DNA from: an uncultured beta proteobacterium
GTDB lineage: Bacteria > Pseudomonadota > Gammaproteobacteria > Burkholderiales > SG8-39
NCBI GenBank assembly: GCA_903859155.1
Contig: CAIOLO010000080.1
Coordinates: forward strand, 64,210-128,209
Direction of reading: 5' to 3'
DNA: 64,000 bases
Shown piece by piece: positions 1-10,142 of the stretch. Made by a program: the position numbers and the translations under genes. Positions within the stretch are counted from its first letter, which is position 1; each line of letters begins with the position of its first letter. The notes under the pieces are model-generated. The model worked only from the letters and a program-made list of their open reading frames with translations. It searched no databases and was not told the DNA's origin.

Positions 1-23
1 ATCTTCGCGGCAATGGAGGAGCG

Positions 24-1550
24 ATGCTCAAGTTTTTTGGTGGCAAGCCGGATCACCCAATGTCGGACCTCAAGGAGGCCCGCAAGATTCTGGACGAGAT
101 TCCGGCAAACGATGTGCACAAGGCGCTCGAAGAGTTGGGGAACTGGCTCGACTCGGTCAGCAGCACCGAAGGATTCAAGCCGGAGAATCGCGCGCAATTG
201 CTGTTTCTCATCGACGAAACAGCACAGGTTCACGTGCGCAAGCTGGTTCGTGATTACCTTTCCGCGGCGCGCCTGACCAAATTCCAGGAAGGCCGGCTCT
301 GGGGGGCGATCCACGGTTATTGGCGTCAGGCGGCGCTCGCCTTTGCTGTCTGCGTGGAGGCCTATGGGTCTGGAGCCAAGGGCACCGACGCATACAAAGG
401 CAGCATTGCGTTGCTCACGGTTCGTGCCCTGCGCGCGCTGGCGCAGCAGATGCGCTGGCAATACATGCGCTATGGCCCGTTTGAAGACAGCCTGTGGGGT
501 GCAGTCGCGAAAATCTACGCGTTGGCGGAAAACAAGAAGTACGCGCGCAACAAGGTAACGGCCTATCCCGCGATTCCCGGTGAAACCTCTCCGGAGCAGG
601 AGTTTCTGCGCGCGGTGATGCTCGCGTCGTCATCGCCTGATTCCTTGTTGCCCATGGAGATAGAACTCGCCGAACGCCTGATCGCTCATTTCTCCGCGTC
701 ATTTACCCTGGTGCTGGATCAGCAGCCCGATATCGCCTACTGGATAGATCTCGCAACCAGTCAGCCCCCCTTGCGCATTGCGCGGCCGCCACAGCGCGCG
801 CCGACTCTGCGGTTTTTTGCCGCTGGCAAGGCGCTGCAGGAACTTGAGGAACTGATCGCCAAGATCAAGGCCACCAACAGCGTGCCCTCGAGCGTCAATC
901 TGGGCGGCACCTATGAAGCGCCGATGGTTCTGGATGTCCTGCACCACCTGGCCCTGTACTGGTCGACCAAACCGCCGGAGCGCAGGCATCCGCGCCATCG
1001 CGTGAAAACGCGCCTCGCCGTCGCCTACGGCCTGGATGGAGTGCTGGGCGCGCTGGGAGCCTCGGTGTCTCTGGATTTTGACGAGGCGCCTACGGAAAGC
1101 TGGATCGTTGAAAACGTCAGCGCGGGTGGTTTCGGGGCGAGCGTTCCGCAAATCAAGGGCGAGTGGTTGAAAATCGGCTGCCTGCTCGCGCTGCAGCCCG
1201 AGGGCGGCGATAACTGGATACTGGGAATCGTGCGGCGTTTCAACCGCGAGTCCCCCCAGCAGGGCAGTGTCGGTATCCAGGCACTGGCGCGCAACATGGA
1301 GTCGGTGCAACTGCGGGCGCCGGGCGGCAACGAGGGCGGTGACATCTGCGTGCTGCTCGATCCGCAGGGAATTCCCACCGCCAGCGAAGCGTCGGTATTG
1401 TTGCGCAACGGTGTGACGGTTCCCGGCCAGAACCTGGAATTCGAGTACCAGGGCAAGCAGATCATGTTGCTCCCGCAAGGTGTGCTCGAGCGCGGCGACG
1501 ACTACGAGTTGGCCAGGTTCAAAGTCATGCTGCGCGACACCGGGGAGTAA
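24..1550 (+). CDS. PilZ-domain (c-di-GMP-binding type) protein with a large uncharacterised N-terminal region
   Basis: 508-aa ORF with GGAGGAG just upstream of the ATG. The C-terminal third has the PilZ signature RxxxR (RRHPRHR) followed by (D/N)xSxxG (ENVSAGG). I recognise no motif in the N-terminal ~340 aa. Confidence 0.7.
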   Translation: MLKFFGGKPDHPMSDLKEARKILDEIPANDVHKALEELGNWLDSVSSTEGFKPENRAQLLFLIDETAQVHVRKLVRDYLSAARLTKFQEGRLWGAIHGYWRQAALAFAVCVEAYGSGAKGTDAYKGSIALLTVRALRALAQQMRWQYMRYGPFEDSLWGAVAKIYALAENKKYARNKVTAYPAIPGETSPEQEFLRAVMLASSSPDSLLPMEIELAERLIAHFSASFTLVLDQQPDIAYWIDLATSQPPLRIARPPQRAPTLRFFAAGKALQELEELIAKIKATNSVPSSVNLGGTYEAPMVLDVLHHLALYWSTKPPERRHPRHRVKTRLAVAYGLDGVLGALGASVSLDFDEAPTESWIVENVSAGGFGASVPQIKGEWLKIGCLLALQPEGGDNWILGIVRRFNRESPQQGSVGIQALARNMESVQLRAPGGNEGGDICVLLDPQGIPTASEASVLLRNGVTVPGQNLEFEYQGKQIMLLPQGVLERGDDYELARFKVMLRDTGE

Positions 1551-1631
1551 TTCCCGCACCACAATGGCATGGGGCACAGCGAGGCGACCGCGTCACCGCG
1601 CCCGGTTCCGACCTTCCGGGAGTTTTCCTGG

Positions 1632-2294
1632 CTAAGCCAGAATGCTTCTCAGCCAGGAGGCTATATCGGCGATTTCCTCGCCGCATACTGAATGCGGCAT
1701 GCGGTAATCGTGCCATTCGACCCGATATCCCTGCTTGCGCAGCAGTTCGCGCGATTCCACGGCGCGGGCATGGGCGACTACCGGATCGGAGAGCCCGTGT
1801 CCCATGAATATGGGCGTCGTGCGGTTGGCCACGGCGGCCTCGGCTGCGAGACACTCGGCGAGCGGCAGGTAACAGGACAGCGCCATGACGCCCGCCAGGG
1901 GCTTGGTGCAGCGCAACGCCGTATGCAGCGATATGGCGCCGCCCTGCGAGAAGCCTGCGAGCACCAAGCGGGTGCTCTTGATGCCGCGTTGCAGCTCACG
2001 ATCGATCAAGGCCTCGACATTTTCCTGCGAGGCACGCACCCCGGGGTCGTCCTCGCGCCGGATCGCGGCATCGCTGATGTCATACCAGGCGCGCATCACC
2101 ATGCCGTTGTTTATGGTGACTGGCTGCATCGGCGCATGCGGAAAGATGAACCGCACCGGCAGGTCTGACAAATCCAGTTCCGGCACGACAGGAACGAAAT
2201 CATTGCCGTCGGCGCCCAGTCCGTGCAGCCATATCACCGCGGCGGCGGGGTCGGGCGCGGACTCAATCTCTATGGTTTCGAGCAGTTCAGCCAA
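1632..2294 (-). CDS. alpha/beta hydrolase, phospholipase/carboxylesterase family
   Basis: 220 aa. WLHGLGADG N-terminal motif, GFSQGG nucleophile elbow and a C-terminal His region typical of the carboxylesterase/phospholipase family. Confidence 0.85.
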   Translation of the reverse strand: MAELLETIEIESAPDPAAAVIWLHGLGADGNDFVPVVPELDLSDLPVRFIFPHAPMQPVTINNGMVMRAWYDISDAAIRREDDPGVRASQENVEALIDRELQRGIKSTRLVLAGFSQGGAISLHTALRCTKPLAGVMALSCYLPLAECLAAEAAVANRTTPIFMGHGLSDPVVAHARAVESRELLRKQGYRVEWHDYRMPHSVCGEEIADIASWLRSILA

Positions 2295-2348
2295 GGGTCA
2301 CCTGTCAGCGGGGGATGTCATTTTGAGGCCGGGGCGGCGCCGCCGGCA

Positions 2349-2951
2349 TCACGCGGGCGGTTTGGCGCGAACGGCGGATTTGGGGCGAAATGCCTTGATT
2401 ACATCGTCGTGGGTTTCCGCATAGGGTCCGCCGATGAGATCGATGCAGTAAGGCACCGCGGAAAAAATGCCGGGAACCAGGGTCTTTCCCTCCGGGTTTT
2501 TCAGGCCTTCCAGGGTTTCGCGGATCGACTTGGGCTGGCCGGGCAGATTGATGATGAGCGCCTGCTTGCGAATCACGGCGACTTGCCGCGAAAGAATGGC
2601 GGTAGGCACGAATTCCAGGCTGATGCGGCGCATCTGCTCGCCAAAACCCGGCATGACCCTGTCGGCGACGGCCATGGTGGCCTCCGGGGTGATGTCGCGA
2701 GGGGCCGGGCCGGTTCCGCCGGTGGTCAGTATCAGATGACAACCCAGTCGATCGACCAGATCGATCAAAGTGCTCTCGATGAGCGGCCGTTCATCCGGTA
2801 TCAGGCGGGTCTCGTCGCGCCAGGGCGTCGCCAATGCGCGCGCGAGCCATTCCTTGAGCGAGGGAATACCCTCGTCACGATAAGTGCCGGCCGAGGCGCG
2901 GTCGCTGATCGATACCAGGCCGATCAACAATTCTTCATCGAGCACACTCAT
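2349..2951 (-). CDS. mog: molybdopterin adenylyltransferase (MogA/MoaB fold)
   Basis: 200 aa. LILTTGGTGPAPRD and ALIINLPGQPKS motifs typical of MogA. 4-nt overlap with the upstream yjgA stop. Confidence 0.85.
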   Translation of the reverse strand: MSVLDEELLIGLVSISDRASAGTYRDEGIPSLKEWLARALATPWRDETRLIPDERPLIESTLIDLVDRLGCHLILTTGGTGPAPRDITPEATMAVADRVMPGFGEQMRRISLEFVPTAILSRQVAVIRKQALIINLPGQPKSIRETLEGLKNPEGKTLVPGIFSAVPYCIDLIGGPYAETHDDVIKAFRPKSAVRAKPPA

Positions 2952-3463
2952 TCCCTGTCCTCCGCGGACGCCGCGTCCGCGCCGGTCACCGTTTCCCGTA
3001 CCAGTCGGAACAGTTCACGGAAGCTCCGCGGCGGTTTGCCGGCGGCACGCTCCGCATTCGCGTTGCGCACCAGCAGGCGCAATTGCCGGATATCCGCGCC
3101 GGGATATTGACGTGCAAAGCCGGTGATCGCGCCCTCGTCCTCGAGCAGACGCTCGCGCCAGCGGATAATCGAGTGTTCAAGGGCGATATTGGTGCTCGAT
3201 TGCCCGTCCCATTGGGAGATCTTTTCGCGAATCGGCGCCGGGTCGACATCGCGCATCAGCCGTCCGATGTACTGCATCTGGCGCCGGCGCGATTCGTGGC
3301 CCTTGATACGGCGCGCCTCCATGACGGCATCGCGGAGAAAATCGGGCATCTCGATGGCGGCGATCTGCCCCTCGTTGAGCGCTACGATGCGTTCGCCCAG
3401 GTCCTGCAATTCAGTCATTTCCTGCTTGCGCTGCGTTTTGCTGACTCGGGTGGTCTCTTCCAT
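2948..3463 (-). CDS. yjgA: ribosome-associated protein YjgA/DarP (DUF615)
   Basis: ORF 2948..3547, trimmed to the internal ATG at 3463 (MEETTRVSKTQRKQE...). Basic N-terminus and the RRRQMQYIGRLMR motif typical of YjgA. Divergent from pmbA as in enterobacteria. Confidence 0.8.
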   Translation of the reverse strand: MEETTRVSKTQRKQEMTELQDLGERIVALNEGQIAAIEMPDFLRDAVMEARRIKGHESRRRQMQYIGRLMRDVDPAPIREKISQWDGQSSTNIALEHSIIRWRERLLEDEGAITGFARQYPGADIRQLRLLVRNANAERAAGKPPRSFRELFRLVRETVTGADAASAEDRE

Positions 3464-3552
3464 CTTGCATCCTGTGTTCGGGTCGCGTTGCGCCCCGGGT
3501 ATCGTCCCAATACCGGCTGCTATGATAGCGGCTTTTAAGCGGTGCACATTTC

Positions 3553-4893
3553 ATGCCCAGCAGCAGATTTTCGGTAGCACAGGATACGCTTCACACCATT
3601 GTCGAGGATGTGCTGGAGCGCGCGGCGCGGCGCGGCGCGACACAATGCGAAACGGAAGTCTCGGAGAGCTACGGGCAGACCGTGACCGTGCGCTGTTCCG
3701 AGGTGGACACGATCGAGCACAACCGCGACAAGTCGGTAGGCGTGACCGCCTACATCGGCAAACAGCGCGGCCATGCCACCACATCGGATTTTTCGCCCCA
3801 GGCAATCGCCGACACGGTCGATGCCGCCTTGTCGATTGCTCGCTTTACCGCCAGTGACGATTGCAGCGGTCTTCCCGAGCCTGAACTGCTGTGTACGCAG
3901 GTGCGCGATCTGGATCTCTTCCACCCCTGGGATCTGAAGGTCGAGGAGGCGATACGCATGGCAAAATCCGCCGAAAAGGCGGCCTTTCGCCTGGACCGGC
4001 GGATTGTCAATTCCGAAGGCGCGAGCGTCTCCTGCCAGCAAAGCCAGTTTGCGATCGGCAACAGCGCCGGTTTCCGCGGCAGCCAGCAAAGCTCGCGACA
4101 TTACATCTCCTGCGCGGTGATCGCCGCCGAGGGCGACAAGATGCAGCGCGATGACTGGTATTCATCACAACGTTCCAGCGCTGACCTGGCGACACCCGGG
4201 GCGATTGGCGACTACGCGGGCCGGCGCGCGCTGGCAAGGCTACGCAGCCGCAAGATCGACACCCGGCAGGCGCCGGTGCTGTTCGAGGCACCCATCGCCA
4301 ACAGCCTGCTGGGGCATTTTGTATCCGCGGTCAGCGGCGGCAGCCTGTACCGCAAGACGTCCTTCCTGCTCGACAGCCTGGGCCAGACGGTTTTTTCACC
4401 GATTGTGAATCTGTCCGAGCGGCCGTTTATTCAGCGCGGCCACGCGAGCGGCTGTTACGACGACGAGGGCGTGCAGGCGCACGATCGGGAAGTGGTGAAT
4501 GCGGGCGTGGTCCAGGGTTATTTTCTGTCCAGCTATTCGGCGCGCAAACTCGGCATGCAAACCACCGGCAATGCCGGCGGCAACTACAATCTGATCCTGC
4601 AGCCGGGTGAACGCGACTTCGCCGGAATGCTCCGGGAAATGGGCCGCGGCCTGCTGGTCACCGAACTCATGGGGCAGGGCATCAATCCTGTGACCGGGGA
4701 TTACTCGCGTGGTGCGGCGGGCTACTGGGTCGAAGGCGGCGAGATCCAGTTTCCGGTTGAGGAGATCACCATTGCCGGCAATCTGCGCGACATGTTTCGA
4801 TCGATTGCCGCAATCGGCAATGACACCCTGGTGCGAGGCTCGCGCCAATGCGGTTCGATATTGCTTGAGCAGATGACCATCGCCGGGAGTTGA
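3553..4893 (+). CDS. pmbA: metalloprotease PmbA (TldE)
   Basis: 446 aa. PmbA/TldD-family C-terminal region (GDYSRGAAGYWVEGGEIQFPVEEITIAGN). Conserved divergent pairing with yjgA. Confidence 0.9.
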   Translation: MPSSRFSVAQDTLHTIVEDVLERAARRGATQCETEVSESYGQTVTVRCSEVDTIEHNRDKSVGVTAYIGKQRGHATTSDFSPQAIADTVDAALSIARFTASDDCSGLPEPELLCTQVRDLDLFHPWDLKVEEAIRMAKSAEKAAFRLDRRIVNSEGASVSCQQSQFAIGNSAGFRGSQQSSRHYISCAVIAAEGDKMQRDDWYSSQRSSADLATPGAIGDYAGRRALARLRSRKIDTRQAPVLFEAPIANSLLGHFVSAVSGGSLYRKTSFLLDSLGQTVFSPIVNLSERPFIQRGHASGCYDDEGVQAHDREVVNAGVVQGYFLSSYSARKLGMQTTGNAGGNYNLILQPGERDFAGMLREMGRGLLVTELMGQGINPVTGDYSRGAAGYWVEGGEIQFPVEEITIAGNLRDMFRSIAAIGNDTLVRGSRQCGSILLEQMTIAGS

Positions 4894-5030
4894 TGGTCGG
4901 AGCGACCCAGATGGCATTCGTGGTAAAAATCCTGCACCGGGTTGTGATCGTCAAGCGGGCCCCGCCAAATGGCGGGGTGCGCAGGGAAGTGCTCTCCTTT
5001 TCGGTTCTTCCATAGGGAATATCTGGCGCG

Positions 5031-6764
5031 ATGCTCGGACGTCTTTTGCGTGGCGTGTTTGGGAAACGCCCGGCCGCAGTCCCGCTCAACGAGGAGGGCA
5101 TCCGCGCCTGGCATGCGGGCGATTTGTCCGCGGCGGAGGAAAAATTCCGGGGAGCATTGCGGCAGCGCCCGGACTACGCCGCTGCATGCTCGAATCTGGG
5201 CATGGTGCTGGTGGAGCAGCGCCAGTTGGAGGAGGGCCTGGCGTTTCTCACCCGCGCCGTGGAACTCGATGGCGGGCATGCCAGCGCCCGCGTCAACCTC
5301 GCCAACACCCTTGCCTACGACGGACAGATCGACGCGGCATTGACGCACTATGAGGCGGCTTTGCGCCTCGATCCAGACAGCGCTGCGGCGCGCATCAATT
5401 TCATCAAGCCCTGCATGGACGCCTGCCGCTGGGACGTGGTTGAAGCCGAAGCGCTGCGTTTGTCGGCGTTGCATCGCGACGGTTTGTCGGACTGGACGGC
5501 CCAGGTGCTGCCTTTCGTCGCGCTGCTGCTGCCCTTGCCCGCGTCGCTGCAACTTGCGGTTGCGCGCAGTCATGCGTCGGTGCTCACCGCCCGGTATGCG
5601 GCGTTGCGCCCGGGAATTCGCGCGCTGCGCCCGCCGGGCAGCACCGGCGCGAAGATCCGGATTGCCTACCTGTCGGGCGATTTTCGCAACAACGCCGTGG
5701 GCCACCAGATGGCGGGAATGTTCGGCCATCACGACCGGGATCGATTCGAGGTCCACGCCTATTCCTGGGGCGCGGACGATGGCAGCGCATGGCGCCGACG
5801 CATCGAGTCCGGCTGCGACCGCTTCCACGATATCCGTGGCGAGTCCTTCGAACAAAGTGCCGCGCGCATCGCCCGGGACGGCATGGACATTCTGGTTAAT
5901 CTGTCCGGCTACGGAGGCGGCAATCGCAATGAAATCTTCGCGCTGCGCGCCGCGCCCCTGCAGCTTCAGTGGCTCGGGTATCCAGGCACCATGGCGGCGG
6001 ACTACATCGACTATGTCGTCGCAGACCAGGTGGTGCTGCCCGCCTCGATGGAGGCGCGCTTCACCGAATCGATTGCGCGGTTGCCGCATTGCTATCAGGT
6101 CAATGACGATCTCCAGCCCATCGCCGCGACCGGCCAGAGGCGTGCCGAATTCGGACTGCCTGAGCAGGGATTTGTTTTCTGCAGTTTCAATCAGAGTTAC
6201 AAGGTGGACCGGGCGGTATTTGCCTGCTGGCTGCGGCTGCTTGCAGCGCTGCCGGGCAGCGTGTTGTGGATGCTGGTGACCAGCAACGCCGCTCGCGCCA
6301 ATCTGCGTGCGGCAGCGACAGCGGCGGGAATCGCGCCCGGGCGGCTGGTGTTTTCCTCTCCCTTGCCCAAGGCAGAGCACCTCGCGCGGCATCGCCTGGC
6401 CGATCTGTTTCTCGACACCTGGTGCGTCAACGGAGGCACCACCGCGAGTGACGCCCTGTGGGCCGGTCTGCCATTGCTGACGCGCGCCGGTGATCATTTC
6501 GGCGGGCGGGTTGCCGCGAGTCTGCTCGCCTGTCTGGGGCTGACCGAGTTGATCGCGCCGGATGCCCAGGCCTACGAACGCGTCGCGCTGGAACTTGCGC
6601 GAAATCCGCAGAGGCTGCAGGCGCTTCGCGAACGTTTGGCGGCCGCTCGCAAGCAAAGCCCGCTTTTCGATACCCGCGGATTCGTGCGAGGTTTCGAGTC
6701 GCTTCTGGAGCAAATGATGCGGCGTCACCGCGATGGTCTGCGGCCGGCGAACATCACACTCTGA
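5031..6764 (+). CDS. TPR-repeat protein fused to an O-GlcNAc-transferase-like (SPINDLY/GT41-type) C-terminal domain
   Basis: 577 aa. N-terminal TPR units (AWHAGDLSAAEEKFRGALRQRPDYAAACSNLG...). C-terminal half has RIAYLSGDFRNNAVGH, FCSFNQSYK and LDTWCVNGGTTASDALWAGLPLLT motifs typical of bacterial SPINDLY-like glycosyltransferases. Confidence 0.75.
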   Translation: MLGRLLRGVFGKRPAAVPLNEEGIRAWHAGDLSAAEEKFRGALRQRPDYAAACSNLGMVLVEQRQLEEGLAFLTRAVELDGGHASARVNLANTLAYDGQIDAALTHYEAALRLDPDSAAARINFIKPCMDACRWDVVEAEALRLSALHRDGLSDWTAQVLPFVALLLPLPASLQLAVARSHASVLTARYAALRPGIRALRPPGSTGAKIRIAYLSGDFRNNAVGHQMAGMFGHHDRDRFEVHAYSWGADDGSAWRRRIESGCDRFHDIRGESFEQSAARIARDGMDILVNLSGYGGGNRNEIFALRAAPLQLQWLGYPGTMAADYIDYVVADQVVLPASMEARFTESIARLPHCYQVNDDLQPIAATGQRRAEFGLPEQGFVFCSFNQSYKVDRAVFACWLRLLAALPGSVLWMLVTSNAARANLRAAATAAGIAPGRLVFSSPLPKAEHLARHRLADLFLDTWCVNGGTTASDALWAGLPLLTRAGDHFGGRVAASLLACLGLTELIAPDAQAYERVALELARNPQRLQALRERLAAARKQSPLFDTRGFVRGFESLLEQMMRRHRDGLRPANITL

Positions 6765-6871
6765 GGCTCCGGGCCGAACCTGACGCAAGGGTGTGTTCGA
6801 CTATACTTGCGAGGCGCTGATCGGCGCGCAAATCGCGGTCCGCTGATCCAAATTCACACGATGGAGGAATC

Positions 6872-8026
6872 ATGAAAAGGCGTTCATTTCTGACGAAATT
6901 GGGGGCAGGCGTGGCCGCTGGTAGCGTCGCAGCGCCAGCCATTGCACAGCAGCAGCCCAGCATCCAGTGGCGCATGGCTTCGAGTTTTCCGAAGAATCTC
7001 GACGCCCTGTTCGGGGCGGCGGAGCAGATCTCGCGGCGTGTCGCCGAGTTGACCGAGGGCCGCTTTCAGATTCGTGTGGCCGCGGCTGGCGAACTGGTGC
7101 CGCCGCTGCAGGTTCTCGATGCGACCCAGGCCGGTACGGTGGAATGCTGCCACACCGCACCCTACTATTATGTTGGCAAGGACCCGGCCTTTGCTTTTGG
7201 TACTGCAGTTCCGTTCGGACTGAATGCGCGCCAGCAAAACGCCTGGAAATACTTTGGCGGCGGCAATGAAGCCATGGCCCTGCTGTACAAGGACTACGGC
7301 GTGCTGGGTTTCCCGGCCGGCAATACCGGCACGCAGATGGCCGGCTGGTACCGCAAGGAAATCAAGACAGTCGCCGATCTCAAGGGGCTGAAAATGCGCA
7401 TCGCCGGCCTGGCCGGGCAGGTACTCGCCAGGCTGGGCGCGGTACCCACCCAGATTCCCGCGGGTGAAATCTATCCGTCGCTGGAGCGTGGCGCCATTGA
7501 CGCAGCCGAATGGGTCGGTCCGTACGACGATGAGCGCCTCGGCCTTTACAAGGTGGCCAAGTTCTACTATTACCCGGGATGGTGGGAAGGTTCGGCGGAA
7601 CTGACTTTTTTTGTCAATGAAAAGAAGTGGGCCGAATTGCCCAAGCACTACCAGGCGGCGCTGGAGAGCGCCTGCGCCGAGGCCAACGCCTTGATGCTCG
7701 CCAAGTATGACGCGCGCAATCCGGAGGCACTGCGCAAACTGATAGGCGAGGGAGCGGAGTTGCGCGCTTTCCCGCGGCCGGTGATGGAGGCGGCGCTCAA
7801 GGCGGCCAACGAACTCTACGACGAGTTGTCGGCGAAGAGCCCGCATTGGAAGCGCATCTACGAGCAGTGGCGCAAATTCCGGTCCGACCAGTTTCTGTGG
7901 TTCCGCGTGGCCGAGAGCAGCTACGACAACTTTGCGTTTGCCGGCGTGCCTGCAAGCGAACGCGCGGCGGAAGCCGCCAGGTCCTCCGCCAAAGGGGCGG
8001 CGAAGGGCGCAGTCAAGAGTCGCTGA
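6872..8026 (+). CDS. TRAP transporter substrate-binding protein (DctP family) with a Tat-like signal
   Basis: 384 aa. MKRRSFLTKLGAGVAAG...AIAQQ twin-arginine-type leader followed by a DctP-family body. SD-like GGAGGA upstream. Confidence 0.9.
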   Translation: MKRRSFLTKLGAGVAAGSVAAPAIAQQQPSIQWRMASSFPKNLDALFGAAEQISRRVAELTEGRFQIRVAAAGELVPPLQVLDATQAGTVECCHTAPYYYVGKDPAFAFGTAVPFGLNARQQNAWKYFGGGNEAMALLYKDYGVLGFPAGNTGTQMAGWYRKEIKTVADLKGLKMRIAGLAGQVLARLGAVPTQIPAGEIYPSLERGAIDAAEWVGPYDDERLGLYKVAKFYYYPGWWEGSAELTFFVNEKKWAELPKHYQAALESACAEANALMLAKYDARNPEALRKLIGEGAELRAFPRPVMEAALKAANELYDELSAKSPHWKRIYEQWRKFRSDQFLWFRVAESSYDNFAFAGVPASERAAEAARSSAKGAAKGAVKSR

Positions 8027-8058
8027 GCGGGTGTCGTCTGTGGATAGCCGGCAGGCAG

Positions 8059-8086
8059 GGCGCGGAAAAATTGCCGCGCCTTTTTT
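8059..8086 (+). terminator. rho-independent terminator downstream of the TRAP binding-protein gene
   Basis: GGCGCGG (8059-8065) pairs with CCGCGCC (8074-8080), followed by TTTTTT (8081-8086). Lies between convergent genes. Confidence 0.6.
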
Positions 8087-8092
8087 GTGCGG

Positions 8093-9586
8093 CTAGCGAC
8101 CGGACTTGAACTGCCGCTGAATCTCCGAGGCCGCGTCCTCCTCCGACGGAGGGCTTTCCTCTGTCGCCGGGGATTCGCCGGGTGCGGCAGGAGAATCAGG
8201 CGCGCTGCGGACGGGTTCGTCCAGCCGTATCTCCACCTTGGCGGGGTCGATGGCGTCATGCCGGGGCACAAAATCGGTCACCAGGCCCGGCCAGTAAATC
8301 AGTATGGCGACAAGCAGCAGTTGCAGCCCCACCCAGGGCACGGCCCCCCAGTAGATGTCCGAACTTTTCACTTCCTTCGGGGCGATGCCTCGCAGATAGA
8401 ACAGAGCCAGTCCGAACGGCGGATGCATGAAGGAGGTCTGCATGTTCGCGCCGAGCAGAACGCCGAACCAGATGAGATCTATGCCCAGCTTCTGCGCGAC
8501 CGGCGCAAGCAGCGGAATGATGATGAAGGCGATCTCGAAAAAATCCAGGAAAAAAGCCAGGAAGAACACGAATAGATTGACGAAGATCAGGAAGCCCGCG
8601 ACGCCGCCAGGCAGCGAGGTGAGCAGCCCCTCCAGCCACAGGTCGCCATCGACGCCGCGGAACACCAGCGAGAACACGGTGGATCCGATCAGTATGTAAA
8701 TCACCATGGCGGTAACGCGCATGGTGGTGGCCATGCCTTCGTGCAGCAGCGGCCAGGTGAGGCGCCGGTGCATGGCCGCGAGCGCCAGTCCGCCCACCGC
8801 GCCCATGGCGCCTGCTTCCGTCGGCGTGGCGAGGCCGAGAAAAATGGTTCCCAATACCAGGAAGATGAGCACCAGCGAGGGCACCATGCCCCACATCACC
8901 CTGGCAAGGAGGGCAGTTCCGCGCAGCGTGCGCGCCTCCGGCGGCAGCGCCGGCATGGCCTCCGGGCGGATGATGCTCAGCACCGCGATATAGATGCAGA
9001 ACAGCAGAACCTGCACGATGCTGGGTCCGATCGCGCCAGCGTACATGTCGCCCACCGAGCGGCCAAGCTGGTCGGCAAGTATCACCAGGACCAGGGACGG
9101 TGGAATCAGCTGGGTGATGGTGCCCGAGGCGGCTATGACCCCGCTGGCGAGCTTCATGTCGTAGCCGTAGCGCATCATGACAGAGAGCGAAATCAGGCCC
9201 ATGGCTATCACCGAGGCGGCGACAGTGCCGGTGATCGCGCCCAGGATGGCGCCGACGATGATCACCGCGTAGGCAAGTCCGCCGCGCACCGGGCCGAACA
9301 GCTGGCCCATGCCCTCCAGCAGATCTTCGGCCAGGCCGCAGCGCTCCAGGATCGCCCCCATGAAGGTGAAGAACGGGATTGCCAGCAGCAATTCGTTGGA
9401 GAGAATGCCGAAGACGCGCTCCGGCAGCGCCTGCAACAGGGCAAACTGGAAAAACCCCAGTTCGATGCCGATGAAACCGAAGAACAGTCCCACCGCGGCC
9501 AGCGAGAATGCCACCGGATAGCCGATCAGCATGAACACGACCAGGCCGCCGAACATCAGCGGCGCCATCAGTTCGCGGGAAATCAT
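8093..9586 (-). CDS. TRAP transporter large permease (DctM family) with an acidic/proline-rich C-terminal tail
   Basis: 497 aa, polytopic and hydrophobic, with DctM-like sequence throughout. The last ~55 aa are hydrophilic (PAAPGESPATEESPPSEEDAASE). Confidence 0.9.
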   Translation of the reverse strand: MISRELMAPLMFGGLVVFMLIGYPVAFSLAAVGLFFGFIGIELGFFQFALLQALPERVFGILSNELLLAIPFFTFMGAILERCGLAEDLLEGMGQLFGPVRGGLAYAVIIVGAILGAITGTVAASVIAMGLISLSVMMRYGYDMKLASGVIAASGTITQLIPPSLVLVILADQLGRSVGDMYAGAIGPSIVQVLLFCIYIAVLSIIRPEAMPALPPEARTLRGTALLARVMWGMVPSLVLIFLVLGTIFLGLATPTEAGAMGAVGGLALAAMHRRLTWPLLHEGMATTMRVTAMVIYILIGSTVFSLVFRGVDGDLWLEGLLTSLPGGVAGFLIFVNLFVFFLAFFLDFFEIAFIIIPLLAPVAQKLGIDLIWFGVLLGANMQTSFMHPPFGLALFYLRGIAPKEVKSSDIYWGAVPWVGLQLLLVAILIYWPGLVTDFVPRHDAIDPAKVEIRLDEPVRSAPDSPAAPGESPATEESPPSEEDAASEIQRQFKSGR

Positions 9587-9602
9587 GCGGTGTGTGGCGC
9601 TG

Positions 9603-10142
9603 TCACTGCAGCGGTTTCTCGTACTGCGGCGGTGTCGGACAGTCGCCGGTGAGGGCGCCCACGCGCTTGATGATCTCCGCGACGCCCTGCAGGCTGATCA
9701 GCAGAAAACCCGCGGGTATCAGCAGTTTCACCGGCCAGCGCAACAGGCCGCCGGCGTTGGCCGAAGTTTCCCCGTGCAGCCAGGCGCCGGCGAACATCGG
9801 CCAGGACAGCCACCCCATGATGATGGTTGCCGGCAGCAGGAACAGCAAGCCTCCCAGAATGTCGATCCAGATCTGCGCGCGCGTGGATAGCCGGCCATAA
9901 AGGATGTCCACGCGCACGTGCTCATTGCGCTGCAGCGTATGCGCGGCGCCCAGCATCACCATGCCGGCGAACAGGTACCACTGGATTTCCAGCCAGGCAT
10001 TGGAGCCGAGGTTCAGACTGTAGCGCGCCAGCGCATTTCCGGCGCTGATGAGACAGGCGAGCAGAACCAGCCAGGTGGCCAGCCGTCCGAAGCGCTCGTT
10101 GAGCCAGTCGATGGCGCGGGAAAAAGCTATCAGGTTCTGCAT
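9603..10142 (-). CDS. TRAP transporter small permease (DctQ family)
   Basis: 179 aa with four hydrophobic segments, immediately upstream of the DctM gene. Its start overlaps the stop of the upstream oxidoreductase by 1 nt (TGATG). Confidence 0.85.
   Translation of the reverse strand: MQNLIAFSRAIDWLNERFGRLATWLVLLACLISAGNALARYSLNLGSNAWLEIQWYLFAGMVMLGAAHTLQRNEHVRVDILYGRLSTRAQIWIDILGGLLFLLPATIIMGWLSWPMFAGAWLHGETSANAGGLLRWPVKLLIPAGFLLISLQGVAEIIKRVGALTGDCPTPPQYEKPLQ

Noticed and set aside
4960-4977. Hairpin CCCCGCC-AAAT-GGCGGGG downstream of pmbA.
   Set aside because: No T-run follows it. It was not called as a terminator.
4722-6788. 688-aa ORF on the minus strand, antisense to the TPR/GT41 gene. 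Similar long shadow ORFs occur at 699-1577, 6884-7846, 10226-11845, 14040-15302, 15454-16392, 16708-17559, 19203-20297, 26359-27300, 27932-28798, 39183-40235, 42786-43490, 51977-52744, 54651-55445, 55531-56664, 56827-57951, 58707-60335, 60462-61529 and 61853-62851.
   Set aside because: Their translations are Arg/Ala/Gly/Pro/His-rich low-complexity strings typical of out-of-frame or antisense reading in high-G+C DNA. In every case the opposite-strand ORF has clear family motifs.
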